A DNA stretch of 64,000 bases, from the NCBI GenBank assembly GCA_965116795.1, contig OZ220716.1:1194503-1258502 (forward strand). Reading direction: 5' to 3'. Source of the stretch: Gammaproteobacteria bacterium. Its GTDB lineage: Bacteria > Pseudomonadota > Gammaproteobacteria > JAJFKG01. The notes below the pieces were generated by a model. It was not told the DNA's origin, made no database searches, and saw only the letters and a program-made list of their open reading frames with translations. This document shows positions 52,895 to 62,838 of the stretch, one piece after another; position 1 is the first letter of the stretch, and every line of letters begins with the position of its first letter. The position numbers were made by a program, and so were the translations under genes.

Positions 52895-53206
52895 ATGAGC
52901 ACATTAATCGAAAGACTGTTTTACAAACCCCTTATCTGGGATGTGAAAAATACCCACTGCACTAAACAAGAAGAAAGCGCATTGCTAGATATTTTTGAAA
53001 AAGCCATGCAACGCGCCGCACTGGTGCCTGCCAGTCAACTGCGCTTTGAATTAACGCGCATTGCACCTGGGCAAACAGCATTGCACCCTTTTGTTCTAAC
53101 GATGCACTTCGACAGGGTCTGCGGGCAAATGCAATGGCGGGGGGTATTTGAGAATGCAGATAACAGCAAAACATTGGAAGTGCTAGGCGCTTTAGAAAAA
53201 GAGTAA
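52895..53206 (+). CDS. Unknown ~100-aa protein, paralogue 1 of 3
   Basis: Own promoter, RBS GGAG, terminator; shares FE..L...F.L...P...F.L.M....V.GQ.QW.G.F with neighbours. Confidence 0.75.
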   Translation: MSTLIERLFYKPLIWDVKNTHCTKQEESALLDIFEKAMQRAALVPASQLRFELTRIAPGQTALHPFVLTMHFDRVCGQMQWRGVFENADNSKTLEVLGALEKE

Positions 53207-53224
53207 CCTGCCCTTTACATACAG

Positions 53225-53262
53225 CCGCATGCATCAATGTTTGGTGTCTGTGGCCTTTTTTC
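53225..53262 (+). terminator. Intrinsic terminator
   Basis: gccgcatgcatca...tggtgtctgtggc hairpin followed by T-run. Confidence 0.6.
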
Positions 53263-53459
53263 AGAGCGCAACGTCTTTACCCCTATCTTTTCAATTGGCA
53301 TGACAGCGCCCAAATTTATTTGTTATTCGACAAAATTTCTCATCAGCAAACACTGCATCGATTCATAGCAAAAATAGTGGCCATTTAGCGAAATATAACT
53401 TGCTATAACCTGCAGGTAGAGTGATTAATGTAATTGTTAAAACAAAACTGGAGGTTAAC

Positions 53460-53792
53460 ATGAACACAGAAATTAACAACGAATATCACACCGAATATTA
53501 TGAAAAATATTACACTAACATTGTGGACAATGAAGGCTTGACGATTGCTGAAGTTAATGCTGCATTAGAAGCTTTCGAAAAAGCGTTAGATATTGCCTTT
53601 GAGAGTTCGGAAGATGCGCTGGGCTTTGATTTGAAAGGCTTTACACCGCAATGCACGCACATTGAAAATTTTGAATTTTCGATGGAGCGACAAATTGTTG
53701 ACGGACAAATTCAGTATTGGGGAATTTTTACCGGCGAAGATGACAAAGCCTTTTACCTTCAAGGGTGGGTCAGAACCGAGAACGACGATTAG
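53460..53792 (+). CDS. Unknown ~110-aa acidic protein, paralogue 2 of 3
   Basis: RBS GGAGG; same motif; own promoter and terminator. Confidence 0.75.
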   Translation: MNTEINNEYHTEYYEKYYTNIVDNEGLTIAEVNAALEAFEKALDIAFESSEDALGFDLKGFTPQCTHIENFEFSMERQIVDGQIQYWGIFTGEDDKAFYLQGWVRTENDD

Positions 53793-53804
53793 CTCTCCAG
53801 GTTT

Positions 53805-53841
53805 GGTCACGCGCGCAACGTTGGCGTGTGTGGCTTTTTTT
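53805..53841 (+). terminator. Intrinsic terminator
   Basis: gtcacgcgcgc...gcgtgtgtggc hairpin followed by T-run. Confidence 0.65.
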
Positions 53842-54024
53842 GGTTGCGCCCCACAACTAACTCCTACCTGTTTTTTATTCCCCACAAACGTTACTGTGTT
53901 GGCTGTGTTAAATAACCAACACATCAGTTAAAACTGCTGCAATTTATAGTGTTTTTTTACTGGCTATAACTCGTATACCGAGCCTTAATCATCACACCTT
54001 GAAAAATATAGAAGGACTATTACC

Positions 54025-54324
54025 ATGTTAACCAATATTGAAAATCGCACGCCAGTTATTTTCTATGCGCATAACACCCGCTGTAATGATGACGAACTGC
54101 GCCTCTTGCTGACGAACTTTGAAATGACTTTGCAATACGTGGCTAATTTCAACAACACAGTGTTTCGATTTAACTTCAAAAATTCGATGCCACCACACAA
54201 TTTATTATTTCCGTTTAGTTTAGTAATGAAGCGTCATCGTGTTGATAGTCAATTTCAATGGCATGGTACGTTTAAACACCACAGTGGTTTGAAGCAATTG
54301 CAACTTATGGGGATTTTATTATGA
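54025..54324 (+). CDS. Unknown ~100-aa protein, paralogue 3 of 3
   Basis: Same motif and promoter; ATGA overlap with lysozyme. Confidence 0.75.
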   Translation: MLTNIENRTPVIFYAHNTRCNDDELRLLLTNFEMTLQYVANFNNTVFRFNFKNSMPPHNLLFPFSLVMKRHRVDSQFQWHGTFKHHSGLKQLQLMGILL

Positions 54325-54767
54325 TACGGCATATTAGCGAAAACGGATTGTCATTGATAAAACAGTTTGAAGGTTTTTCATCGACAATATACCGTTGTCC
54401 TGCCGGTTACCATACGATTGGGTATGGTCATGTGCTCAAACCAGGTGAGTATTTTGATGAGGGTATTGATAAACAACAAGCAGAAATATTATTGCATCGT
54501 GATGTGCAAGTGGCAGAACGTGCTGTGTTACGTTTGATTAATGTGCCGCTGACGGATGGGAAATTCGCAGCGTTGGTGTCGTTTGTCTTTAATCTGGGCG
54601 CAGGGGCTCTGCAACGTTCAACACTGCGGCGCAAGGTTAATCGGCAAGAGCACGATGAGGTGCCAGCGGAATTTGTGAAGTGGGTTTATGCAGGTGGGCG
54701 TAAGTTGCCAGGCTTGGTGAGGCGTAGACGATGTGAGGCGATGCTGTACCGCGGCACATTTTCGTGA
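54321..54767 (+). CDS. Phage lysozyme (GH24 endolysin)
   Basis: IKQFEG, CPAGYHTIGYGH, ALVSFVFNLG, GLVRRR..E. Confidence 0.95.
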   Translation: MIRHISENGLSLIKQFEGFSSTIYRCPAGYHTIGYGHVLKPGEYFDEGIDKQQAEILLHRDVQVAERAVLRLINVPLTDGKFAALVSFVFNLGAGALQRSTLRRKVNRQEHDEVPAEFVKWVYAGGRKLPGLVRRRRCEAMLYRGTFS

Positions 54768-54846
54768 TGAGCGCCATTGCACCCGTGGTCGTGGCTGATG
54801 ACGATGCATCGACATTCTGTTTTAGGCTTATCTTGTATTGGAAAAG

Positions 54847-54987
54847 GCTCGTTATTGCATGAGTGTAAGGTAATCTCTATAATCTCGTGCAGCTTATCTC
54901 ATTTGCCAAACAAGTGGCCGAGGATACGTTAAGGCAGGTAGTCTTTGCGAGATACAGCAAAGCGTGATAGGTCGATAGGGTTATGTC
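54847..54987 (+). promoter_or_regulatory. Sigma70 promoter plus conserved leader, copy B
   Basis: TTGCAT(54855)-17 bp-TATAAT(54878); homologous to the reverse complement of 8537-8675. Confidence 0.75.
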
Positions 54988-55505
54988 ATTATCCTATCCA
55001 GTAACGTAACGCTTTAAAGCCCAATCAAGTACAATCTAATCACATAACAAGATAACAATACAAGTATAATAAATAACGCTAATAACAAATGTAGTGTTGC
55101 TGCGCTAAGGAAAGATAAGGTAGTCGAACAAGGAGATGTCTGTGTTGATAATATGTTGGTTATGCGCTGCAAACAGAATTATTCCTGGCTTTTCTCAACG
55201 TGGCAACGTAAGGTGTGTGATTAATCCTTGCTGCTATTCGTCGTTACCTATTCTTCAATTGTTTCATCGCCTGATTTTGTTAATACCGCTTGTCTGTGTC
55301 ACAGTGGTTTTTCGTGTGTTATGTGGCGGCGTTTTTCCAAGCGAAATGGCTTTGAAGGTCGTTGGAGTGGCTAGGTGGTGTAGTTAAATATTGCGTGTGT
55401 GATTTTAGTTGGCGCTTGTCTAACCCGCTGTCCTTTGTTAATCACAGGTACAGGTTTTAAGGTTGATTTTTTTGTTTTGGTTTGGTTAAGGGAGTTAGAA
55501 AGAAA

Positions 55506-58500
55506 ATGTTTAAGGGAAGTAAGAAAGGGGTAGGTGATAGAGAATTGGCTGAGAAAGCAGAGAAGTGGTTAGATACCTGCGAGGGGGGGCATTCGGGTGA
55601 GATTCATGCTTTGGCGGTGCTTCCTAATGGGTTAGTGGTCAGTGGGGGTGTAGATGCCACGATTCAGTGTTGGCAGGTAGCTGAGGGGGAGAAGGTGAAG
55701 TACTTAATGCACTTAGCTGCCTGGGAAACGCATTGTTCGGTTTATGCCTTGGCGGTGCTTCCTAATGGGTTGGTGGTTAGTGGGGGTGCTGGTAAAACGA
55801 TTCAGTGTTGGCAGGTGGGGGGTGATGGGAAGGCACAGTACTTAGCTACCTGGGAGGGGCATTCGTGGCGTGTTTATGCCTTGGCGGTGCTTCCTAATAG
55901 GTTGGTGGTTAGTGGGAGTGGTGATAAAACGATTAAGTGTTGGCAGGTAGGAGAGGAGGGCAAGGCGAGATGCTTAGCTACCTGGGAGGGGCATTTGGGT
56001 GAGATTCGTGCTTTGGCGGTGCTTCCTAATGGGTTGGTGGTCAGTGTGGGTTTTGGAGAGATTAAGTGTTGGCAGGTGGGGGATGATGGGAAGGCACAGT
56101 GCTTAGCTACCTCGAAAACGCATTCGAATAAGATTTATGCTTTGGCGGTGCTTCCTAATGGGTTAGTGGTCAGTGGGGGTTTTGGAGAGACTAAGTGTTG
56201 GCAGGTGGGGGATGATGGGAAGGCGCAGTGCTTAGCTACCTGGGAAGGGCATAGGGATAGGGTTACAGCCTTGGCGGTGCTTCCTAATGGGCTAGTGGTC
56301 AGTGGTGGATATATGGATGACCTAATTGAGTGTTGGCAGGTAGGGGATGATGGGAAGGCACAGCAGTTAGACTCTTGGTTCGGCGGTTATTTTTCTTATA
56401 CTGTTGATGCCTTGGCGGCGCTTCCTAATGGGTTAGTGGTCAGTGGGAGTAGTAGAAGTTATAGTTCAGCAGGAGAGCTTAGGTGTTGGCAGGGGGTGTT
56501 TGCGCCGGTGGTGGAATTACAACAACGAGCGGAAGACAGAGAGGCGTTTGCTCAGTACCAATTAGGGTTAGCGTATTACACGGGGCGGCCGGGCGAAGGG
56601 GTTGAGCAAGATATGGGCAAAGCCGTTGATTGGTGGCAGTTAGCGGCAGGGCAAGGGTTTGCTAAAGCCCAACAGCGATTGCAAGAAGCGCAGGAGAGTA
56701 TGTCTCAGCTAGCACCTGCTTCACCACAAGATAACGTCTGGCAATGCTTAAAAATACAACGACAGGCGAGGAAACAAGACAGCGTAATTGAGAAAGGTAA
56801 GATGATTGAAGAGGATACAGCAGCGGTTGATTTGCCTGCGTCAAGCTTTCTTTCAGTCTCAGACAGTGACGGAGCTGTGATTGAATCTGGGATGATGTGC
56901 GAAGTCAACGGCCACGTTGATGAGGGTATCAGTGCGCCTGGTGGTGTGGGTGTCGGTAGTGCTGAATTGATGATTGAGGCAGATTTGAAATTAGTGCCTT
57001 CTTCTGATGTGAGCCAATGGCAAATGACGTTAACCGCCTATCAGTTAACCTGTTTGTTAGGAGCTTGGCATAGTGAGCTCGTCGCGTGTGTCAACGCGTT
57101 AGGGGTGTTCAGTGCGGATACCGATACTCTGTTGCAAGTGGATAAGCACAGTAGAGCGCTCGCTGAGCTGTATGCCTTAATGAAACAGTCTGCTACTGTA
57201 GATGTCCATGTCTACAGCGTATTGATGAAGGTATTAGGGCGGTGCGTGCCGGTGTATCAGTTGGTGGGTAGTGATGATGGTGTTGAGGCAGTGTTGCTGC
57301 GTTTAGAGCAGGTCGCCTTATTAGTGCACCAAGCCATCGACGTTGTTGGGCAGGCCCATTGGTTGCTACGCCATCAGGTGTTGAGGCGGCTGCAGGTGAT
57401 AGCCAGTGAGTATGCGGTTGTCAGCAAGCTAATAGCTGAGAGTGGTGACGTTGCCCTGCGCCGTTACCAAGGCCGTGCCAGTATCGCGGTATTGGGAGAG
57501 GGGTATTATCACGCCCCGGTTGCAGTGGCACGTCAGTTGTTATGTGTCGATGAAATGGGCAAGGAAGTCAAAGCTAATCAAGCAGGTTCGCATGCGGTGG
57601 TGGCGTTAAATGGGGTGCATTATAAACCCAACAGTAAAGCGGAGTTTCCGATTAACCCGGGGAAAGAGCATGCGGTCAGCAGCCTGATGCAGTTAATCGC
57701 GGGACAATCCTTAGCAGCGGCTCCGAGTACGTTGCTGAGTGTGAGTAACGTACCGATTCAAGCTCAAGGCAAAGAGAAACAGATGACGATGACCGGTAAC
57801 CTAGTGCAAGGGGGGTTAACGGTTACCGGGATGTGCTTTAAGGACTTCATTGAATGTCGTGAGGCGCTGGCCAGTTGGCAAGCGCGGTTATCAACAAAGA
57901 CCATTATTGCTTTGCTTGAAGATGCACAATGCGGGTTTCAGAAAGCATTGATGGTGGCTAAGCAAGCATACCCGTCCGTATTTGGCGCAGTAGATATGAG
58001 TGTCGAGTCTGAGCGTGCTGCGTTGAGTGAGCGTTTGCGCGAAGCCTTTGAATCAGTGTGTGCCGGTAAAGCGGTTGAGGCACAGTTACGCGACATAGCC
58101 GAATCAGCAGGCAGGCCTGAGGCTAATCGAGGCAGGATATTTCGTGGGTTGTTTGAAAGTTTCTTGAGTGCCGGTGGCACAGTGGATGCGTTACGTGCGC
58201 TGTTAGGGGTGATAGGTCAAACGCCTGAGCTAATGGCAGGCAATGATATTGCAGGACTGTTGCAGCAGTTCAAGCAGGCTAAGCGGATTGTTAAGTTGCT
58301 GCCCAATACGCCATTAGCCAACGCCTTAGCGATAGTGCCACAGTTATTAACCGAACGTTACCTGGATACCGAAGCGATGAGTGCGCTATGGATTGGATTG
58401 TTGTTAACGATACCGTGTGATGGCAAGTTTGATAACTTCATGTTGCAGTTAGACTATGGGGCTGATAAGCAATTACAACGCTGTCGGATTGTGGCAATTG

Positions 58501-61500
58501 ACAATGATTTAAGTTTAAAGATGCCCTTTAGTGTCAATGAAGAAGGGCAGTTATCGCTCGAGTTAAAGAACCTGCTTATTGTGTTACCGGAGCTGATGAA
58601 CTTGCCCATTCACCCAGCCGTGCGTAGACATTGTTTATCATTATCGCCAGAAGGATGGTACTTAACTTGGTTAAGTGTGTTGGCTAAAGGTGACAGTGAT
58701 TATCAGCAGTGGTTAGCGCAAGGCACCGTGAGTGAGACAGCGCTGAAAGCCATTGATATCCCAGTGCAGTTAAAGAGCCAAGTGTGGCAGTTTATCAAAA
58801 CTCGCTGGCAAGAGTTGCATACGCTGTTGCAAAGTGATGCCAAGGTCACCTTGGGGCAGTGTTTTACCAAGCTCTATCCGTTAGTGGATAAGGCCTATCA
58901 GGGATTAACCCAGTTAGACAGTCCACTGCCTGGCCCGTTAGCGGCAGAGGCTAATCTGTATCAATTCTTCAAGATAGGCGGCAGTTGTCCGGTCGAGCGG
59001 TTATTGCCAAAGGGGTGGCCAGATGAGTTAGCGCAAACTCAGTGTGCGGATAAAGCAAGTCCTGTCATCAGTGCTAACCAGCAAGTGATGCAGGAAGTCG
59101 TGCAACTAGATTGGGCGAAGATAGCACCGTCTGAGCAGTGGCCGAGGGTCGAAGCGTTATCGTTGTTGCCGGGGTTAACGCTACAAGACTGGCAAGGGAT
59201 GACTGAAGAGCACATCACATCCCGATTACAAGGGTGGTTTCGCGACGCGGTAGGTCGAGGACGTCCGTTTGTGGCGCAGCGGTTGTTGGACTTAGGCGCC
59301 AGTGTGAGTTTGCCCGATGAGAGTGAAAATACGGCGCTGCATCAATTCTGTGCCAGTTACTTAAATTACGAAGACAGTGAGACGGTACGATTGATGAGTC
59401 ACGTATTATTGTCTCATCACAGCTGTCAGCCGAATCAATACAATGCGTCGGGGTATACGCCGTTATTGCAATGGGTGAATGTAACACCCGAGCCTGAACA
59501 GTTAACCCCAGCCCAATTGAACAGTGCGTCGGTATTGCTAGAGGTGCTACTCATCCATGGCGCCAACCTTGAAGCCAAGGATGCATTCAAACATGAGACG
59601 GCCTTGGATAAGACGATGAAACAGGGCCGAGAGAAGTGGCATTGGTTTGAGGTGTTAGTGAATAAAGGGGCTGGGGTGCACGCCAATGGCGAGGTGATAG
59701 TCAAACGCCTGCATGAATCTGGGATACTGGCAAAGCGTCCTGCACTGCAAGCGGCTTTGAAGCAATTAACCGAGCTTAATCTAAGCGTAGCGTGGACACT
59801 GAGTCAACAAGTCTGGCAGTCATCCAGTGGCAAGCAGAGCAAGTCTGCCATCGTGGTAAACGGCAGTCGTTGCGGGGAAGTAGTGTTACCACAAGCAATA
59901 GCTAAGGGATTACTCACTGACAAACAGGTGTTTAACGTCAAAGGGGAGACTACCGACTATGGGCGACGAGTGGTTAAAGCCATTGAGCACGATAACGCCA
60001 AGTGGCATGTTAAAGAGAACCCGGAGATGCCTGGGATTGAAATGGCAGTGGGAGCGCTGAGTCGGTTATTGTTTGGCGAACACACCGCTCCCAATGAAGT
60101 GTTTTCGTTTTTCGATGTTAAGGGGGTTGGCTATCCGGTGCTCATCTCCCAGACGGTGCAGGGAGCTAACTTACAAACGGTGTTAAATGACCCTAAGAAA
60201 GCACATACCCATGAGGTGTTACAACAACTCCACCCTCAATACACATCCGAGCAAATTATCTTAGCGATGTTGGTGCATCCAGAAGATGGTAAGCCGGATA
60301 ACTACCAGTTGTTGGAGATGAAAACGACCCGGCCCGATGGCAAGGACAGCACGCAGTATCGACTCATTGGGATTGACAATGACCATGCGTTTGTCAAGCC
60401 GGTGATGATAGAAAAAGGGCATCGCAAATTGCAAGTCAAATGTGTGTTGTTTTGCTTAGATACGATGCGCCGACCAGTACACCTGGCAGTGAGGCAACGT
60501 TTATTGCATTTAAATCCTGTCACGTTCTTAGAGAGTTGGTTAGACCAGTTGATTGCATACCATGAAGGCTCGATGAAGTTGTTTGATAAGAAAGCCCGTC
60601 AGCGGTTGTTTAAAGTGAAGACCGACTTAAAACAGTTAGCCCGCAAAGTCGCCTTGCGTGAAGTGCGAGAACGCTTGCCGGTGGTGGTAACAGTGCCGTT
60701 TCGCGATGGCGCGATAACCGAACTCTGGGACAGGTTGGTGCGGATGCAAGACGCCTTACGGGATAACCCCATGATAACGCATTTACAATTGTTAAAAGCC
60801 ATCACGCCAAGTTTAGGGATGATATATGACGAAGCCTTTGAAGTGCATGAAGAGCCATTTGAAGTGGCTGAGCGGTTTCATGAAGTGGCCAATACCCATT
60901 ACTCGACAGCGATTGCAGGTCGTTATGCGACGTTAACCACTAGCCGTCAAGCACTGGAAGCCGCCGGGTTTTCGGATAAAGAGCAAAAAGCGTTATTAGA
61001 AGAAGGAGATAAGAGCGCGAGCTTCACCCCACGCCATGCGTTATTTCAATTACGTCAAGGGGTAGAGCAAAAGGCGAAGATAGCGACAACCATCGACAGG
61101 TTAGCGAAGGGGGATATGTCTGTGTTTGAACAAATCCTCTCTGAGCAAGTCAAAGAGGATGTGGTTAATCGGTTAGACTTTAGTAAGATGCTAATCGCAG
61201 GCGGTAAGCAACCAGACATAGCTAAGCAGAAGGCGATATTGAAATTGATTATCAATGAGCAAATCGCATTTCATACGTTATCCATTCGTCACTGCGGCGC
61301 ATTAACCGACGATATGTTGATATCGCTGTTAAAGAATGCACCGGAGCTTAGTCGGTTGACGTTAATAGATTGTCCGCAGCTCACAGATAAGTTGGGTAAG
61401 ACCATCGAAAAACTCACCCCGAACGTAACAACGTTGACCTTAAGGCAATTGCCAAACCTTGAAGGATTAGGTAACAAAGTCGTGGCAAGAGGAGCCAATC

Positions 61501-62705
61501 AAGATAATAGTTATGACCCAATTAATCTGCCACACTTACGCCGAGTAAACATCAGTGACAATCTTCAATTATGTGCGATTGCGGTTCAATCACGCGCATT
61601 AACATTGGCAACAACCAAGCATAACCCGCTACTTGCGGAGTTAACGTTGTTCTGTGAAGGGCTCAAGGCATTGGATGTGAGTGGTTGTGCACAATTGACT
61701 GATAAGGGCTTACAAAACACGTTACAGTCATATCAAGCCTTACCAAGATTGAACGTAGATAACTGTGCGGCGATAAATACTGAGTTATGGCATTGTGTGG
61801 CATATGTTAGTCAACAGGCGGTATCGGTGTTCCCACAATGGAACTTGAAAACCTGGAAGCAAGCTGGGTTGTTATTGTTGCCGTATGCCTCTGATAGGGT
61901 GGTGCAGATTGATAGCGGTGCGATTGAACCTAATCAACTGACTGTGGTGATGGGGTTAGTGGCCTCTAATCCGGGTGCACACACGGTGCTAGTGACTGTC
62001 TCACCAAAGTCCGTAGCTACTGTATTGAATCCACTGCTCGCATTATTAAAAAACAACACCGCTATAGCGGCACTGTGTATCACCGGCGCTTCGCTCGATA
62101 ACATGATGGCAGAACACATGATACTGGCTGTTGCCACATGTGGAAATCTTCATACCGTAGCGCTGACGGTGGATAACAGCCAAGCGGCCATTGCTCAATT
62201 GCAACAGGTGACGCAGTTAACCCAAGTGATGGTCAATGGAGTGAATGTGACATCGCTATTGCAAGCAGACAAAGCTACAAATGGAGTGGCGATTGTTAAT
62301 GATGCAAGTGGGCAACAGGCGATGAGTGTGGATGTGTTGGCATTAGCGATGCAGCATGAATCATCAGCAATACGTCAATCAGCGGCCAATACGTTAGCGT
62401 TGCTCAGTGCGGCTGGGAAATTGCCGGAATGCAAACAACGTATCGCTGAATTATTATCTGGCGAAAATCCAACGCTATTAACGGTACAACACGCTGAATC
62501 AGTGAACTCATCTTCTTCTGTTTCCATAGTGGCTAGCAGTTCATCATCGGCAGCGTTAATTAGTCAGTTCAGTGGTATTGCTCAACAGCAGGCAGGTGAG
62601 GTTATCAAAGAGAAAGAGCGGGAAAAAGAAGAGGCGAGCGATAGTGATGATGAACATACTAATGTGGCTAAATCTTCGCAGCAAATAGCTATGAGGCTTG
62701 GGTAA
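55506..62705 (+). CDS. Giant multidomain protein: 7xWD40, Sel1, two PI3/PI4-kinase-like domains, ankyrins, Cys-type LRRs, Glu-rich tail
   Basis: GH..ALAVLPNGLVVSG..CWQ x7; AQYQLGLAYY; DGKFDN/IDND and DGKPDN/IDNDHAF; ENTALH, GYTPL; LDVSGCAQLTDKGL. Confidence 0.85.
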   Translation: MFKGSKKGVGDRELAEKAEKWLDTCEGGHSGEIHALAVLPNGLVVSGGVDATIQCWQVAEGEKVKYLMHLAAWETHCSVYALAVLPNGLVVSGGAGKTIQCWQVGGDGKAQYLATWEGHSWRVYALAVLPNRLVVSGSGDKTIKCWQVGEEGKARCLATWEGHLGEIRALAVLPNGLVVSVGFGEIKCWQVGDDGKAQCLATSKTHSNKIYALAVLPNGLVVSGGFGETKCWQVGDDGKAQCLATWEGHRDRVTALAVLPNGLVVSGGYMDDLIECWQVGDDGKAQQLDSWFGGYFSYTVDALAALPNGLVVSGSSRSYSSAGELRCWQGVFAPVVELQQRAEDREAFAQYQLGLAYYTGRPGEGVEQDMGKAVDWWQLAAGQGFAKAQQRLQEAQESMSQLAPASPQDNVWQCLKIQRQARKQDSVIEKGKMIEEDTAAVDLPASSFLSVSDSDGAVIESGMMCEVNGHVDEGISAPGGVGVGSAELMIEADLKLVPSSDVSQWQMTLTAYQLTCLLGAWHSELVACVNALGVFSADTDTLLQVDKHSRALAELYALMKQSATVDVHVYSVLMKVLGRCVPVYQLVGSDDGVEAVLLRLEQVALLVHQAIDVVGQAHWLLRHQVLRRLQVIASEYAVVSKLIAESGDVALRRYQGRASIAVLGEGYYHAPVAVARQLLCVDEMGKEVKANQAGSHAVVALNGVHYKPNSKAEFPINPGKEHAVSSLMQLIAGQSLAAAPSTLLSVSNVPIQAQGKEKQMTMTGNLVQGGLTVTGMCFKDFIECREALASWQARLSTKTIIALLEDAQCGFQKALMVAKQAYPSVFGAVDMSVESERAALSERLREAFESVCAGKAVEAQLRDIAESAGRPEANRGRIFRGLFESFLSAGGTVDALRALLGVIGQTPELMAGNDIAGLLQQFKQAKRIVKLLPNTPLANALAIVPQLLTERYLDTEAMSALWIGLLLTIPCDGKFDNFMLQLDYGADKQLQRCRIVAIDNDLSLKMPFSVNEEGQLSLELKNLLIVLPELMNLPIHPAVRRHCLSLSPEGWYLTWLSVLAKGDSDYQQWLAQGTVSETALKAIDIPVQLKSQVWQFIKTRWQELHTLLQSDAKVTLGQCFTKLYPLVDKAYQGLTQLDSPLPGPLAAEANLYQFFKIGGSCPVERLLPKGWPDELAQTQCADKASPVISANQQVMQEVVQLDWAKIAPSEQWPRVEALSLLPGLTLQDWQGMTEEHITSRLQGWFRDAVGRGRPFVAQRLLDLGASVSLPDESENTALHQFCASYLNYEDSETVRLMSHVLLSHHSCQPNQYNASGYTPLLQWVNVTPEPEQLTPAQLNSASVLLEVLLIHGANLEAKDAFKHETALDKTMKQGREKWHWFEVLVNKGAGVHANGEVIVKRLHESGILAKRPALQAALKQLTELNLSVAWTLSQQVWQSSSGKQSKSAIVVNGSRCGEVVLPQAIAKGLLTDKQVFNVKGETTDYGRRVVKAIEHDNAKWHVKENPEMPGIEMAVGALSRLLFGEHTAPNEVFSFFDVKGVGYPVLISQTVQGANLQTVLNDPKKAHTHEVLQQLHPQYTSEQIILAMLVHPEDGKPDNYQLLEMKTTRPDGKDSTQYRLIGIDNDHAFVKPVMIEKGHRKLQVKCVLFCLDTMRRPVHLAVRQRLLHLNPVTFLESWLDQLIAYHEGSMKLFDKKARQRLFKVKTDLKQLARKVALREVRERLPVVVTVPFRDGAITELWDRLVRMQDALRDNPMITHLQLLKAITPSLGMIYDEAFEVHEEPFEVAERFHEVANTHYSTAIAGRYATLTTSRQALEAAGFSDKEQKALLEEGDKSASFTPRHALFQLRQGVEQKAKIATTIDRLAKGDMSVFEQILSEQVKEDVVNRLDFSKMLIAGGKQPDIAKQKAILKLIINEQIAFHTLSIRHCGALTDDMLISLLKNAPELSRLTLIDCPQLTDKLGKTIEKLTPNVTTLTLRQLPNLEGLGNKVVARGANQDNSYDPINLPHLRRVNISDNLQLCAIAVQSRALTLATTKHNPLLAELTLFCEGLKALDVSGCAQLTDKGLQNTLQSYQALPRLNVDNCAAINTELWHCVAYVSQQAVSVFPQWNLKTWKQAGLLLLPYASDRVVQIDSGAIEPNQLTVVMGLVASNPGAHTVLVTVSPKSVATVLNPLLALLKNNTAIAALCITGASLDNMMAEHMILAVATCGNLHTVALTVDNSQAAIAQLQQVTQLTQVMVNGVNVTSLLQADKATNGVAIVNDASGQQAMSVDVLALAMQHESSAIRQSAANTLALLSAAGKLPECKQRIAELLSGENPTLLTVQHAESVNSSSSVSIVASSSSSAALISQFSGIAQQQAGEVIKEKEREKEEASDSDDEHTNVAKSSQQIAMRLG
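55590..56490 (+). repeat. Seven near-identical ~130-bp WD40-coding repeats
   Basis: ttggcggtgcttcctaatgggtt..tggt.agtg recurs every ~129-141 bp. Confidence 0.9.
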
Positions 62706-62838
62706 AAGTGTTTGAAATGCCAGCGTGCTGCCGAGTGCTTTCTGTTGCGTCACTATAGAATATGCCTCACAAGCTCTGTATCTGAGATTTAGTGAGCTTT
62801 GTTCTCGCATTATGGCGATAGATTGAGTATAATTGGGT

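Larger units (their letters stand above)
20980..54767. mobile_element. Lambda/WO-like siphovirus prophage, probably defective
   Basis: Recombinase-DUF2924 module, cos, methylase, terminase, portal, capsid, tail, holin, lysozyme. Exact att ends not identified. Confidence 0.9.
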
